NCBI GenBank assembly: GCA_963833985.1
Contig: CAWIAD010000001.1
Coordinates: 3,447,122-3,511,121, forward strand
Length of the DNA stretch: 64,000 nt
Source: an uncultured Planctomycetaceae bacterium
GTDB taxonomy: Bacteria > Planctomycetota > Planctomycetia > Isosphaerales > Isosphaeraceae
Reading direction: 5' to 3'
The notes beneath the pieces are model-generated. The model searched no databases. It was not told the origin of the DNA and saw nothing but the letters and a program-made list of their open reading frames with translations. Below, piece after piece: positions 11,326 through 22,554 of the stretch (its first letter is position 1; each line of letters opens with the position of its first letter). The position numbers were made by a program, and so were the translations under genes.

Positions 11326-11838
11326 TCGCAGCGCGGATAGAGCGAGCTGAATCCGGGATCAGCGTTGAGGGCGTAAGATCACCCCGGGTTTCGCTCTGCT
11401 CAACCCGGGCTACGGTTGCTTTCGCTTAGAGCGGTGAACTTTAACTTCGGCGAATGATCGTAGCCCGGATTGAACGAAGTGAAATCCGGGATCAGCGTTG
11501 ACGGCGTAAGATCATCCCCGGGTTTCGCTCTGCTCGGCCTGGGCTACGGTTGCTTGCGCTTTGAGCGGCGAACTTTAACTTCGGCGAATGATCGCAGCGC
11601 GGATAGAGCGAGCTGAATCCGGGATCAGCGTTGACGGCGTAAGATCACCCCCGGGTTTCGCTCTGCTCAACCCGGGCTACGGTTGCTTGCTACGGTTGCT
11701 TGCGCTTTGAGCGGTGAACTTTAACTTCGGCGAATGATCGTAGCCCGGATTGAACGAAGTGAAATCCGGGATCAGCGTCGACGGCGCAAGATCATCCCGG
11801 GGTTTCGCTCTGCTCAACCCGGGCTACGGTTGCTTGCG
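11314..11838. repeat. tandem array of four ~132-146 bp REP-doublet (REPIN/BIME-like) units
   Basis: units start at 11314, 11446, 11580 and 11726; each has a REP and an inverted REP ending GGGCTAC. Confidence 0.92.
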
Positions 11839-11936
11839 GAGGAGGGCCGCAGGTTAACGCATCGTCAACCGTGCGGCAGCGTCAACGTGCTCTTAAGCTT
11901 GGCGGGCTAAACAGGCTATGTAGTGGATCCGAACAC

Positions 11937-12134
11937 ATGGACCTTAGTCTCGTTACAGCGATCATGGGCGCCCAGACCGGCATGATGCAGCTTGCCGTGG
12001 CGGCGCGGCTCGCGCGCATGAATGCCGACCAGGGCGCCTCAGTGGCAAATCTGGTCAATGCCGCGCAGCAGAATTTCGGCCCGCTGGCCAATGTTGCGGC
12101 CGGTATCGGAACAAACCTCGACGTCACAGCATAG
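11937..12134 (+). CDS. small YjfB-like (putative motility) protein
   Basis: 65 aa ending GIGTNLDVTA. Confidence 0.6.
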   Translation: MDLSLVTAIMGAQTGMMQLAVAARLARMNADQGASVANLVNAAQQNFGPLANVAAGIGTNLDVTA

Positions 12135-13332
12135 GTTCGTTGACCCGAGCGGGGTTTGGGCTCGCAAACACGATGACCAGTCCGATGAGGGCGGTCGCGC
12201 CCATCACGATGTAGATCGGCAGCGTGCTTGACGAACGCAGCAAGCCGACGCCGGTCGAAGATAGCGCGCCAATTCCCATTTGCAGAAAACCAAGCAGAGC
12301 GGCGGCGCTGCCAACATTCTTGCTGAACGGCGCCAGCGCGATCGCTGCGGCGTTCGGATAGGCAATGCCGCAGAACGGCAGATACAAAAACAGCAGCCCA
12401 ACGTTTGCCGCCAAGCCGTACCAGCCGAACCAAGTGCCGATCACGATCGCCAGCATAATGACGTTCTGGCAGATCAACGCGGCTCGAAAAATATTTTTGT
12501 CCTGATGCCGTCGCGATAGCCAGATGTTCAATTGGCTTCCGCCGATGAAGCCGCCGGCGAGCAAAGCGAAAATCATCCCGTAGGTGCGCGGGCCGACGTT
12601 AAACGTGTCGATGAAGATGATCGGTGAGCCGGCAACGTAGACGAACAACCCAGCGAACGAGAAAGCGCCGCCGACGGCGTACGTGTAAAACTGCGGATGG
12701 CCGAAAACCCTGCCAAATCCGGCAAGAACGGCGCGGGGCCGCAGCGAGATATCGGGGTTGGCTTTGCGCCCTTCGGGAAGAAGAGTCCCGATAAGGACGA
12801 TCAGCACCAGGGCAAATCCGGCGAGAAGGACGAATATCCAGCGCCAACCGATAGTGGTGGCGAACAGACTGCCGATCGAGGGTGCGAACAGCGGCGAGAC
12901 GCTCAAAATCAGGATCAGCAGGGAAAGAATCCTGGCGCTTTCCTGCACTGGAAAGAAATCGCGCACCATGGAGATAGCGCCGACCTGTGCGACGCACCCG
13001 CCCAACGCTTGCAGCAGGCGGAACGCGACGAACAGACCAGGCGAACGCGCGGCGATGCAGCCGAACGAAGCCACGATGAACAGGCTCAAGCCACCGTAAA
13101 GCGGCCTTTTGCGGCCGAAGCGGTCCAGCAGCGGTCCATAGAAAAGCTGCCCCAGCGCCAGCCCGATGAAATAGCCGGATACCGAGAACGAAATCGCCGC
13201 CGGCGTCGTGCCGAGATCTTGCGCGATCTCCAGGAAAGCCGGCAGGTACATGTCGACGGAAAAGGGACTCACCGTGCTCATCGCACCGAGAATGAGAATG
13301 ATGAGCAGATTGCCGCGGTGCGAGCGTGTCAT
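12124..13332 (-). CDS. Bcr/CflA-family MFS drug efflux transporter
   Basis: SVDMYLPAF, GPLLDRFGRKRPL, multiple TM helices. Confidence 0.92.
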   Translation of the reverse strand: MTRSHRGNLLIILILGAMSTVSPFSVDMYLPAFLEIAQDLGTTPAAISFSVSGYFIGLALGQLFYGPLLDRFGRKRPLYGGLSLFIVASFGCIAARSPGLFVAFRLLQALGGCVAQVGAISMVRDFFPVQESARILSLLILILSVSPLFAPSIGSLFATTIGWRWIFVLLAGFALVLIVLIGTLLPEGRKANPDISLRPRAVLAGFGRVFGHPQFYTYAVGGAFSFAGLFVYVAGSPIIFIDTFNVGPRTYGMIFALLAGGFIGGSQLNIWLSRRHQDKNIFRAALICQNVIMLAIVIGTWFGWYGLAANVGLLFLYLPFCGIAYPNAAAIALAPFSKNVGSAAALLGFLQMGIGALSSTGVGLLRSSSTLPIYIVMGATALIGLVIVFASPNPARVNEPML

Positions 13333-13411
13333 GGTCTGATCGGATTTCGGATAGTGGCGGGTGTGGGGCGGCGCAGAACCTTCCTAACACGAGAAAGGTT
13401 TGCTCGGCCGG

Positions 13412-14081
13412 TCACTGACCGCCGATTGCGGCGCTTATCAGCTTCACGCCGTCGGGGCTCGACCATTCCGCTGGTCCGGCCATCTCGCCGATCTCGCAGC
13501 CTGACGGGTCGATGACCAGCGTCGTCGGCATGCCGAAGGCCTTGCCGGCGAGCTTTAGCTCCTGAAATACCTTCGCGCTGCGGTCGGCAAAGTAGGCAAG
13601 GTGCGTCACGCCGATGTTCTTGAGAAAGGCCAGCGGCTTTTCCGGGTCGCGGGTGTCGATGTTGATCGCGACGACCTGAAAGTTCGGTCCGCCCATGCTG
13701 CTTTCGAGGGCGTCGAGCGCCGGCATTTCCTTGCGGCAGGGTACGCACCACGTCGCCCAAAGGTTGAGGAGCACGGTACGGCCGCGCCAATCGCTGAGCT
13801 TGCGATCGTGCCCGTCGGCGTCCTTGAAAGCGAGATCGGGCACCAGGAAGGGCTTTTGCGCCGGCGTCAGGGCCGCGACCTCTCCTTGCGCCAGCGGCGC
13901 GATCCGAGCCGCGGTCTTGACCGCCGGCTCACAGGCAGCAACGGCCGGATTGCCTCGCAGGCGCTCCATCCCGTATACCCCCGCCAGCACGACTCGCGGC
14001 CGCGATTGCGCACCAAACCGCGACGGCGATCACGCGGCGGCGGCGCACCTTGTAGTACGGCTCGGCAGACGGCTCGGTCAT
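13412..14081 (-). CDS. tlpA: thiol:disulfide interchange protein TlpA (frameshift near 5' end)
   Basis: [17 protein letters not shown]; divergent from argH as is usual in Rhizobiales. Confidence 0.9.
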
Positions 14082-14111
14082 TGGCGGAAGAACCTCGGCA
14101 GCGAACGCATC

Positions 14112-15494
14112 ATGAGCAACAAAATGTGGGGCGGACGCTTCGGGTCCGGGCCCGATCCGATCATGGAGGAGATCAACGCCTCGATTGATTTTGACCGCCA
14201 CCTGTACCGGCAGGACATTGCCGCTAGCAAGGCCCATACGGCGATGCTCGCGAAAAAAGGCATCATCGCGGCGCAAGATGCAAAGCGCATCGCTCACGGT
14301 CTAGACACGATCCTGTCAGAGATCGAAGCCGGCAAGTTCGAGTTCAAGCGTGCGCTCGAAGATATTCATATGAACGTCGAGAGCCGGCTCGGCGAGCTGA
14401 TCGGCCCGACGGCGGGGCGGTTGCATACCGCGCGCTCGCGCAACGATCAGGTTGCGACCGATTTCCGGCTCTGGGTCCGCGACTCGATCGACAAAATTGA
14501 CGCAGCTTTGGCCGCATACCAGCGCGCGCTCGCCGAAAAAGCTCTCGAACATGCGGCAACGGTGATGCCGGGATTCACGCACCTGCAAACGGCGCAGCCC
14601 GTCACGCTCGGCCACCATTTGCTTGCTTATGTCGAGATGGCAGCGCGCGACCGCGGCCGTTTCGCCGACGCGCGCGAAAGGCTCAACGAAAGCCCGCTCG
14701 GCTCGGGCGCGCTTGCCGGTACGTCGTTTCCGCTCGATCGCACCATGACGGCGAAGGCGCTCGGTTTCGCGCGCCCAACGGCGAACTCGCTCGACGCCGT
14801 CGCCGATCGCGATTTTGTGCTGGAAGCGTTGTCGGCGTGCGCCATCGCCGCCGTGCATCTATCTCGGTTCGCCGAGGAGATCGTGATCTGGTCGTCGCCG
14901 CTCGTCGGATTTATAGGTCTCTCGGACGCCTTCACGACCGGCTCGTCGATGATGCCGCAAAAGCGCAATCCCGACGCGGCGGAACTCGTTCGCGCCAAAA
15001 CCGGCCGCGTGGTCGGTGCGCTTACCGGGCTCCTGGTGGTGCTGAAGGGATTGCCGCTCGCCTATCAGAAAGACATGCAGGAGGACAAGGAAGGCACGAT
15101 CGACGCGTTCGCCGCGCTGGCGCAGTCCGTTGCGGCGATGACCGGCATGGTGCGCGATATGGAGCCCGACGCGGCGCGGATGCGGCAGGCGGCCGGCGAT
15201 GGCTACGCCACTGCCACCGATCTTGCCGACTGGCTGGTGCGCGCTCTCAAGCTGCCGTTCCGCGAGGCCCACCATGTTACCGGCCGGATTGTTGCGAAGG
15301 CGGCCGAGGACGGTGTCACCCTCGACAAGTTACCGCTTGAGGCCATGCAGGCTATTGAGCCGCGCATCGGCAAGGCCGTCTTTGGCGTGCTTTCGGTCGA
15401 TCAATCGGTGAAAAGCCGTGCTGTTTTTGGCGGAACCGCGCCGAAAAACGTCCAAGCGCAGGCTAAACGCTGGCTGAAACGGCTTAAGGCCTGA
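14112..15494 (+). CDS. argH: argininosuccinate lyase
   Basis: [31 protein letters not shown]. Confidence 0.97.
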   Translation: MSNKMWGGRFGSGPDPIMEEINASIDFDRHLYRQDIAASKAHTAMLAKKGIIAAQDAKRIAHGLDTILSEIEAGKFEFKRALEDIHMNVESRLGELIGPTAGRLHTARSRNDQVATDFRLWVRDSIDKIDAALAAYQRALAEKALEHAATVMPGFTHLQTAQPVTLGHHLLAYVEMAARDRGRFADARERLNESPLGSGALAGTSFPLDRTMTAKALGFARPTANSLDAVADRDFVLEALSACAIAAVHLSRFAEEIVIWSSPLVGFIGLSDAFTTGSSMMPQKRNPDAAELVRAKTGRVVGALTGLLVVLKGLPLAYQKDMQEDKEGTIDAFAALAQSVAAMTGMVRDMEPDAARMRQAAGDGYATATDLADWLVRALKLPFREAHHVTGRIVAKAAEDGVTLDKLPLEAMQAIEPRIGKAVFGVLSVDQSVKSRAVFGGTAPKNVQAQAKRWLKRLKA

Positions 15495-15609
15495 ATAGGG
15501 CAACGGCGAATAACGGGCTGGCAAGGTGTTGCCGCCAAAATCTCGCCGCGCCGATGCGATGTGCTATACTGGTTTTTGGAACTCGCTGCGGGTCTGGGGA
15601 GCGGTTTTT

Positions 15610-15917
15610 TTGGCCTTCGATCGTCCAAATATCGGTTTCGCGCTGGCGCTGCTCGGCGCTGGCCGCCTTTGGGCTGGCGGCATGCGGGCGCGCCGGACCG
15701 CTGGAATTGCCGCCGGGACCGGCGGTCGGCGTAGCCCCGACAGCGCACTGCCGCGCCGCAACCGTCTCTTATACCTGCCGGGACGTTAGGCAGTCCTTCC
15801 GCCAACGGTCCGTTGTCCCAGGAAGCCGCCCAAAAGAATGGCTTCGATGCCTACGGCAATCCGATCGCTCCCGCCGGTGAAAAAAGATCGTTTTTCCTCG
15901 ATTTCCTGCTGCAATAA
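15610..15917 (+). CDS. small lipoprotein (LptM/YifL-like), frameshifted; start approximate
   Basis: LAACGRAGPLELPP lipobox; C-terminal KRSFFLDFLLQ in another frame; lies between argH and lysA. Confidence 0.7.
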
Positions 15918-16013
15918 AGCTGCCCGACTTCATCATCCTCAGGTGCGAGCCGGAGCCGTTTGGCGGCCGCCTCGGGATGACGGATAAACATTCGCCAACC
16001 GCTGCATTGATTC

Positions 16014-16083
16014 GGGATCATGCTGTTTGCCGGCGCATGATCTGTTCGGAAAACCGGTTTCCACTTTTCCGGTTCATGCTTTA
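16014..16083. repeat. GCATGATC...GGAAAACCGG...GATCATGC palindromic intergenic repeat
   Basis: related copies at ~25358-25410, 56411-56457, 56569-56615, 56988-57032, 61494-61617. Confidence 0.7.
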
Positions 16084-16093
16084 AACACCAGCA

Positions 16094-17360
16094 ATGCATC
16101 ATTTCGCCTATCGCAACGGCGTGCTGCACGCCGAGGACGTGGATCTTATTGCGCTGGCCGATGTCGTCGGCACGCCCTTCTATTGCTATGCGACCGCGAC
16201 GCTCGAGCGGCACTACCGGGTATTTGCCGATGCCTTTGCCGGCGTCGATGCGCTCATCTGCTATGCGATGAAGGCCAATTCCAATCAGGCCGTGATCGCG
16301 ACGCTGGCGCGGCTCGGCGCCGGTGCCGACGTCGTCTCTGAGGGCGAATTGTTGCGGGCGCGAAAAGCCGGCGTCCCGCCGCAAAAGATCATGTTCTCCG
16401 GCGTCGGCAAGACTGCGCACGAGCTTGCGCTCGCGGTCGAGCAAGGCATTCTCTGCGTCAACGTCGAATCCGAGGCGGAGCTTGAACTTCTCGCCGATAT
16501 CGCCGCCAGCAAAGGTCGCGCTGCGGATATTTCCATCAGGGTCAATCCTGATGTGGATCCGAGGACGCACGCCAAGATCGCTACCGGCAAAGCCGAAAAT
16601 AAATTTGGCATTCCGATCAGCCGTGCCCGCGAAGTCTACGCGCGCGCCGCCAAGCTCAAAGGCGTGCGCGTCGCCGGCGTCGATATGCACATCGGCAGCC
16701 AGATCACGGAGCTCGATCCGTTCAGCGACGCGTTCGCGTTGCTCGCGGATTTCGTCAACGTTCTGCGCGCCGACGGACACACCATTCGGCATGTCGATTT
16801 GGGCGGTGGTCTTGGTATTCCCTACCGCGAGGACAACGAGCCGCCGCCCGATCCAAATGCCTACGCCGCCGTCGTCAAGCGCGCGACGCGCGATCTCGGC
16901 TGCCAGCTGATCTTCGAGCCGGGCCGCCTGATCGTCGGCAATGCCGGTATCCTGGTTACGCGCGTTCTCTATCTAAAGCGCGGCGAAGCCAAGACCTTCG
17001 TCATCGTCGATGCCGGCATGAACGATCTGGTTCGTCCGACGCTCTATGACGCGCATCACGACATCCGTCCGGTTCGTGAGGTGGCGGCGGGCGCGCCACG
17101 GATCGTCGCGGACGTGGTCGGACCGGTGTGCGAAATTAGGCGATTTCATCGCGCTCGACCGCTCCGTTGTCGAGCCGAAGGCCGGCGACCTCCTCGCCAT
17201 CATGAGTGCCGGCGCTTACGGCGCGGTCGAGGCTGGAACCTACAATACCCGCCCGCTCGTGCCGGAAGTGCTCGTCCGCAATGGCGAGTGGGCGCTGGTG
17301 CGGCCGCGCATGACGGCCGAGGAACTCATCGCGCTCGATCGCTTGCCGCAGTGGCTATGA
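16094..17360 (+). CDS. lysA: diaminopimelate decarboxylase (frameshift near 17138)
   Basis: YAMKAN PLP lysine, HIGSQ, DLGGG, EPGR, VGPVCE, SAGAYG. Confidence 0.95.
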
Positions 17361-17578
17361 GGCATACGCACGGCAGCCATACGGCCGAGTGTCCGCATTG
17401 CCGGACCTAAAAGCAGGTCTGCCAAATCCGCCAACCAACAGATTTCGAACGCATCCCGCAGACCCGATTGGTCGGTACGGATATCCGGTCAATAAAACGG
17501 ATAAAAATGACCTTAGCGGTTTAGCGAGCGCGTAGCGGCCCCAAGGACAGACTGGCACAAGCACACACACTGGCATGT

Positions 17579-17959
17579 GTGGCGTGTGACCGAATGTTCG
17601 CAATGCAAGCTGATGAGGGGATAGACGCTGTGCCTGACAACGACAGCAAGGATGCGCGAGTCTTTTCGGTGGAAACCAATTTCCAGAAGATGGCTCGTCG
17701 TCCCGGTGGCATACTGCGCGAGCAGGCGCTGATGAATGCCGAGAAAGAATTGCGGCGCGCATTCAAGCAAAGCAACCGATCGTCCAGCGATAAATTGGTG
17801 CCGGTCAAACGTCCGGTTCCTGACAAATCGGTGCCGGTCAAACAACCGGTTCTCGATAAATTGGAGCCAGTCGAGCCAGACGGTTCGCAAGAAAACGCTG
17901 CGGGTGGCGAAGCCGCCGTCGCGCTCGTCGGGCTGGTTGTCGACGGTGTGGCGGCGTAA
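17579..17959 (+). CDS. hypothetical protein with an internal 11-aa repeat
   Basis: RVFSVETNFQKMARRPGGI..EQAL helix, then DKLVPVKRPVP-type repeats. Confidence 0.5.
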   Translation: MACDRMFAMQADEGIDAVPDNDSKDARVFSVETNFQKMARRPGGILREQALMNAEKELRRAFKQSNRSSSDKLVPVKRPVPDKSVPVKQPVLDKLEPVEPDGSQENAAGGEAAVALVGLVVDGVAA

Positions 17960-18426
17960 AATTTGACCAAGTGAAAGTCCGCGGCCGTTTGGTTGGGCTG
18001 CGACTGCACACTCGGCCGACGATCGAATGGATGACGAAGGCTTCGTGGTCGCGGCATGCCGCCGGCCGTAGAAGCGGTCGGGACCGGTCTGCAAATCACG
18101 GCGATTTCATTGCGCGTGGCCGGTCTATGGCCCGGCCGGGACCGGCGACCTCCTCACCATCACGAGCGCCGCGGCCAAAGGCGCGGTCGGCTCCGGAACC
18201 TGCAATGCCCGCCCGCTTGTGCGGAAGCTATTGTTCGTAAAGGCGAATGGGCTCCGGCGCGGCGGCGCGTGAGGGCACAGAAGCCGATCGCGTTCGATCG
18301 CCTGTCCGACTGGCTCTGATTTTGCTTGTCATGCATTGCGGGGTGCGGCTTCCTTTCAGCACCACGCCTTGAACCCGCCGCCTTGTTAACGTGTTGTCGG
18401 GCGGTGATTTCTCCGCGGAGACCTTG

Positions 18427-21009
18427 GTGACGGATACTTCATCGAGCCATCCTGCTGCGTCGGATCGGAGCTCCGAGATGGTCGCTCGATCGCAGCTTGG
18501 CATGGCGCTGCGGCGCGCGCGCTGGACAATTTTCTGGGAGCGGTTGTGGCCGGCACTGGCCCGGCTCGTCACGGTCATCGGTTTGTTCCTGACCGTTTCG
18601 TGGCTCGGGCTATGGCTTTGGTTGCCGCCGCTTGCGCGCGCGGCCGGCTTGTCGGCATTTGCGATCCTTGCGCTCGCGGCGATCATTCCATTCCTTTCCC
18701 TGCGCGTGCCCGCCGCCGTCGATGCGCTGCGCCGGCTCGATCGCGGCAGCGGCGTTCGACATCGGCCAGCGACGACGATCGCCGACGAACTCGCCGTCAC
18801 GTCAACGGATCCCTATTCGCTCGCGTTGTGGCGGGCGCACGTGGAGCGCACCCTTGCCGAGGCCCGCGCATTCAGGGCGGGATGGCCGTCGCCCCGCCTT
18901 TCGCTACGCGATCCCTATGCGCTGCGCGGTCTCGTTCTTATTGCCGCGATCGCTACCTTCATCGCCGCCGGCGGCGAGCATTGGAAGCGCGTCGCGGCGG
19001 CGTTCGACTGGCAGGGCGTTGTGCTGCCGGCGAATTTCCGCGTCGATGCCTGGGTGACGCCGCCAGCCTATACCAGCAAGCCGCCGATCATGCTCGCCGG
19101 CATGCACCCCGGCGAGGTCGCGCGGCAGGACGCGGATGCAGGCGAGCCGGTGTCCGTTCCCGCTGGCAGCACGCTCGTTGTGCGCGCGACGGGCAAGCTC
19201 AATCTCGACATTGCCGGCACCGGCGGCGTCACGCCGGCCGCCGAAAAGGTCCAGGCTCCCGCCGGCACACAGGAGTATCGGTTCAAGATCGCGACGACAG
19301 GAGCCGCGACTTTGCGCGGCGTCGGTGACGATCTGACCTGGGCGTTCAACGTCATTCCCGACAAGCCGCCGACGATCTCGCTCGCCAAGGATCCCGAGCA
19401 GGAGGCGCGCGGCTCGCTGCTTTTGTCCTACCGGCTCGAAGACGATTATGGGGTCACCGAGGCGCGCGCCACTTTCACACGCAAGGACGATCCGGCGTCG
19501 AAAGGCGATGCCGCTCGTCCGCTGTTCGGTCCGCCCGAGTTCGCGCTGGTGCTGCCGCAGGCGCGCACCAAAAGCGGAACCGGGCAGACCATCAAGGATC
19601 TCACCGACCATCCCTGGGCCGGGGCCGAAGTGACGATGACCCTTGTCGCCCGCGACGAGGCCGGCAACGAAGGCAACAGCGAACCGTTCACCTTCCGCCT
19701 TCCCGAACGCGTTTTTACCAAGCCGCTGGCGCGCGCGTTGGTCGAGCAGCGGCGCAATCTGGCGCTTGACGCCGGCGCCCGCCCGCTCGTCACCACCGCG
19801 CTCGACGCCTTGGCGATGGCGCCGGAAAAATTTACGCCAGACCCCGGCATCTATCTTGGGCTGCGCTCGATCTTCTGGTCGCTCATTCGCGCCAAGACCG
19901 ACGACGATTTGCGCGAAGTCACCAAGCGGCTCTGGCAGATGGCGGTCGGCATCGAGGACGGCGATATCTCTGACGCGCAAGCCAGTTTGCGCAGCGCCGA
20001 GGAGGCACTGCGGCAGGCGCTCGAACGCGGCGCCACCGACCAGGAAATCAAGCAGCTCATGGATCAGCTGCGCGCCGCTATGGACCGCTTCCTGCAGTCG
20101 ATGCAGGAACAAATGAAAAATAATCAGCAGCTCGCCCGCCCGCTCGACCGCAATGCGCGGACGTTAAGCCAACGGGATTTGAAGAGCATGCTCGATCGCC
20201 TCGAGAACATGGCGCGCAACGGTTCCAGGGACGCGGCGAAACAGCTTTTGCAGCAGCTCCAGCAGATGATGGAGAATCTGCAAATGGCGTCGCCGGACCA
20301 GAACGGCGACGAGATGGACGATATGATGTCGCAGCTCGACGAGCTCGGCGACATGATCGGCAAGCAGCAGGATTTGCGCGACCGCACGTTCCGCCAAGGC
20401 CAGAACCAGCGCCGGCAAAACGGCCAGCACGGCCAGCAGGGAAAGCAGGGGCAGGACCAGCAGCAGGACGAATCCCTGAGCGACCTGCAACAAAACCAGC
20501 AGGCGCTGCGCGACCGGCTCAAGAAGCTGCTCGAAGAGCTCAAGAACCACGGCCTTGGCCAGAACGGGCAAGGCCAGCAGGGTGAGCGTAGCGACGGCCA
20601 GAACGGCATGGACCAGCTTGGTCAGGCCGGCGAGGCCATGGGCGAAGCCGAGGGCCAGCTTGGCGACGGCAATTCCGAAGGTGCCGTCGATTCCCAGGCG
20701 CGTGCGCTCGATGCCTTGCGCAAGGGCGCGCAGGGCCTCGCCCAATCCATGCAGCAGCAACTCGGACAGGGTCCCGGTCCCGGGCAGAATGGCCGGCTCG
20801 GACAGCCGCGGGCGCAGCGCGACACCGACCCGCTTGGCCGTCCGCTGCGCGGGCGCGACTATGGCGATGACGTCACGGTGAAAGTGCCGGGCGAGATCGA
20901 CGTGCAACGCGCGCGACGCATCATCGAGGAACTGCGCCGTCGCTATGGCGACGTGCTGCGCCCGCAGGAAGAGCTCGACTACATCGAGCGACTGCTTAAG
21001 GATTATTGA
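18427..21009 (+). CDS. TIGR02302/DUF4175 family protein
   Basis: WERLWP, DAWVTPPAYT, DDYGV, Gln-rich tail, DPLGRP, ELDYIERLL. Confidence 0.92.
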   Translation: MTDTSSSHPAASDRSSEMVARSQLGMALRRARWTIFWERLWPALARLVTVIGLFLTVSWLGLWLWLPPLARAAGLSAFAILALAAIIPFLSLRVPAAVDALRRLDRGSGVRHRPATTIADELAVTSTDPYSLALWRAHVERTLAEARAFRAGWPSPRLSLRDPYALRGLVLIAAIATFIAAGGEHWKRVAAAFDWQGVVLPANFRVDAWVTPPAYTSKPPIMLAGMHPGEVARQDADAGEPVSVPAGSTLVVRATGKLNLDIAGTGGVTPAAEKVQAPAGTQEYRFKIATTGAATLRGVGDDLTWAFNVIPDKPPTISLAKDPEQEARGSLLLSYRLEDDYGVTEARATFTRKDDPASKGDAARPLFGPPEFALVLPQARTKSGTGQTIKDLTDHPWAGAEVTMTLVARDEAGNEGNSEPFTFRLPERVFTKPLARALVEQRRNLALDAGARPLVTTALDALAMAPEKFTPDPGIYLGLRSIFWSLIRAKTDDDLREVTKRLWQMAVGIEDGDISDAQASLRSAEEALRQALERGATDQEIKQLMDQLRAAMDRFLQSMQEQMKNNQQLARPLDRNARTLSQRDLKSMLDRLENMARNGSRDAAKQLLQQLQQMMENLQMASPDQNGDEMDDMMSQLDELGDMIGKQQDLRDRTFRQGQNQRRQNGQHGQQGKQGQDQQQDESLSDLQQNQQALRDRLKKLLEELKNHGLGQNGQGQQGERSDGQNGMDQLGQAGEAMGEAEGQLGDGNSEGAVDSQARALDALRKGAQGLAQSMQQQLGQGPGPGQNGRLGQPRAQRDTDPLGRPLRGRDYGDDVTVKVPGEIDVQRARRIIEELRRRYGDVLRPQEELDYIERLLKDY

Positions 21010-21137
21010 GTGGCGTCGGGCAGGCCGTGCGGTAGTTTCTGCCGCAATTGTTAATTTCTTCCAACTGAATGTTAACGCTTCCTTGCTAGCAACGTCTGCG
21101 TCGACCGCATTCCGCCTGCGGCGCCGCAGAGGTATTT

Positions 21138-22544
21138 GTGGCATCCATCGGTTCCGAGCACGCTCCGCGTCCGGTCTGGCGCGCGTCCGTCCCCTGGGGC
21201 GAAGAAATCCGGCGCGCAATCGCGCAGGGGCGCGCGCTCCTTACCGACACCGGCGACTCCTCCCTGATACACCGTCTCGCCGGCGCGGCTTTTCTCATCC
21301 GCGTCATCAGCGCAGCCATAACCTTCGTGTCGCAGATACTGCTGGCGCGCTGGATGGGCAGCTTTGATTTCGGCATCTTCATCTACGGCTGGACTTGGCT
21401 GTTGTTGATCGGCGCCATGGTCGATCTCGGGCTCGGCTCGTCGGCGCAACGCTTCATCCCCGAATACACCGAGCACAAGCAGTTCGCTTTACTGCGCGGA
21501 TTTCTCAGCGGCAGCCGCTGGCTGGCGTTGCTGTTCGGGACGATTGCCGGCGCCGCCGCCGCCCTCGCGGTGAGGCTGCTGAGGTCGCATATCGATCCGG
21601 CGGCCGTCATCCCTCTCTACCTTTCCTGCGCGTCGCTGCCGATGTTCGGTGTTTGGTCGGTGCAGAGTGGCATCGCGCGCTCTTACAACTGGGTCAATCT
21701 CGGACTGTCACCCGTTTACGTGCAGCGCCAGCTCCTGCTGCTCGGGCTGATGGGTCTCGCCTACGGGCTCGGCTTGCGGACCGACGCCGTAACGGCGACC
21801 GCCATCGGCGTCGTCGCACTTATCAGCGTCGGTATCGGACAGATTGCCGTTCTCAATCGCCGTCTGTCGGGCGTGGTCGAAAACGGCCCGAAAGCTTTTG
21901 CGGCACGCACGTGGTTGGCGATCTCGCTGCCGATTTTCATGGTCGAAGCGTTCTATTATTTGTTGACCTATTCCGACGTCATCGTGGTCGCGCAATTCCG
22001 CCCGGCCGACGAGGTTGCCGTCTACTATGCCGCCGCCAAAACAATCGCGCTTGTCTCGTTCATCTACTACTCGGTCTCGCAGACGATCGCGCACAAGTTT
22101 GTCGAGTACGATGTCAGCGGCGACCGCGCAGGGCTGATCGCTTTTCTCAATCAGTCCGTGCGTCTGACGTTCTGGCCGTCGCTCGTTGTGATCGTCGGCC
22201 TGCTTGCCCTCGGCCATCCCCTGCTGCGATTGTTCGGCCACGAATTCGTCTCCGGCTATTACCTGATGTTCATCATCGCGATCGGGCTTCTGGCCCGCGC
22301 GTCGGTCGGACCGGCGGAACGGCTTCTCAATATGCTCGGCGAGCGGCAATCGTGCGCGCTGGTTTACGCCGGTTCGTTCGCGCTCAGCATCAGCCTGTGC
22401 ATTTTGCTGATCCCGCGGCTGGGACTTGCAGGCGCCGCGATCGCGAGCTCGGTGGCACTGGTATTTGAATCGGTGAGCCTCTTCCTCGTCGCCAAGCACC
22501 GCCTGGGGCTGCACTGCTTCATTTTCGGCGGGCCCAAAGCTTAA
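21138..22544 (+). CDS. polysaccharide flippase (Wzx/MATE-like)
   Basis: many TM helices, LLARWMGSFDFG, DEVAVYYAA. Confidence 0.85.
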   Translation: MASIGSEHAPRPVWRASVPWGEEIRRAIAQGRALLTDTGDSSLIHRLAGAAFLIRVISAAITFVSQILLARWMGSFDFGIFIYGWTWLLLIGAMVDLGLGSSAQRFIPEYTEHKQFALLRGFLSGSRWLALLFGTIAGAAAALAVRLLRSHIDPAAVIPLYLSCASLPMFGVWSVQSGIARSYNWVNLGLSPVYVQRQLLLLGLMGLAYGLGLRTDAVTATAIGVVALISVGIGQIAVLNRRLSGVVENGPKAFAARTWLAISLPIFMVEAFYYLLTYSDVIVVAQFRPADEVAVYYAAAKTIALVSFIYYSVSQTIAHKFVEYDVSGDRAGLIAFLNQSVRLTFWPSLVVIVGLLALGHPLLRLFGHEFVSGYYLMFIIAIGLLARASVGPAERLLNMLGERQSCALVYAGSFALSISLCILLIPRLGLAGAAIASSVALVFESVSLFLVAKHRLGLHCFIFGGPKA

Positions 22545-22554
22545 AGGCGCATGC

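Noticed and set aside
11314..11838. CRISPR or other guide-RNA array
   Set aside because: Intervening sequences are nearly identical rather than unique spacers, the period is ~133 bp, and no cas gene is present; REP doublets beside a RAYT explain the pattern
20390..20610. Gln/Gly-rich repeats as a special element
   Set aside because: Normal low-complexity tail of TIGR02302 family proteins
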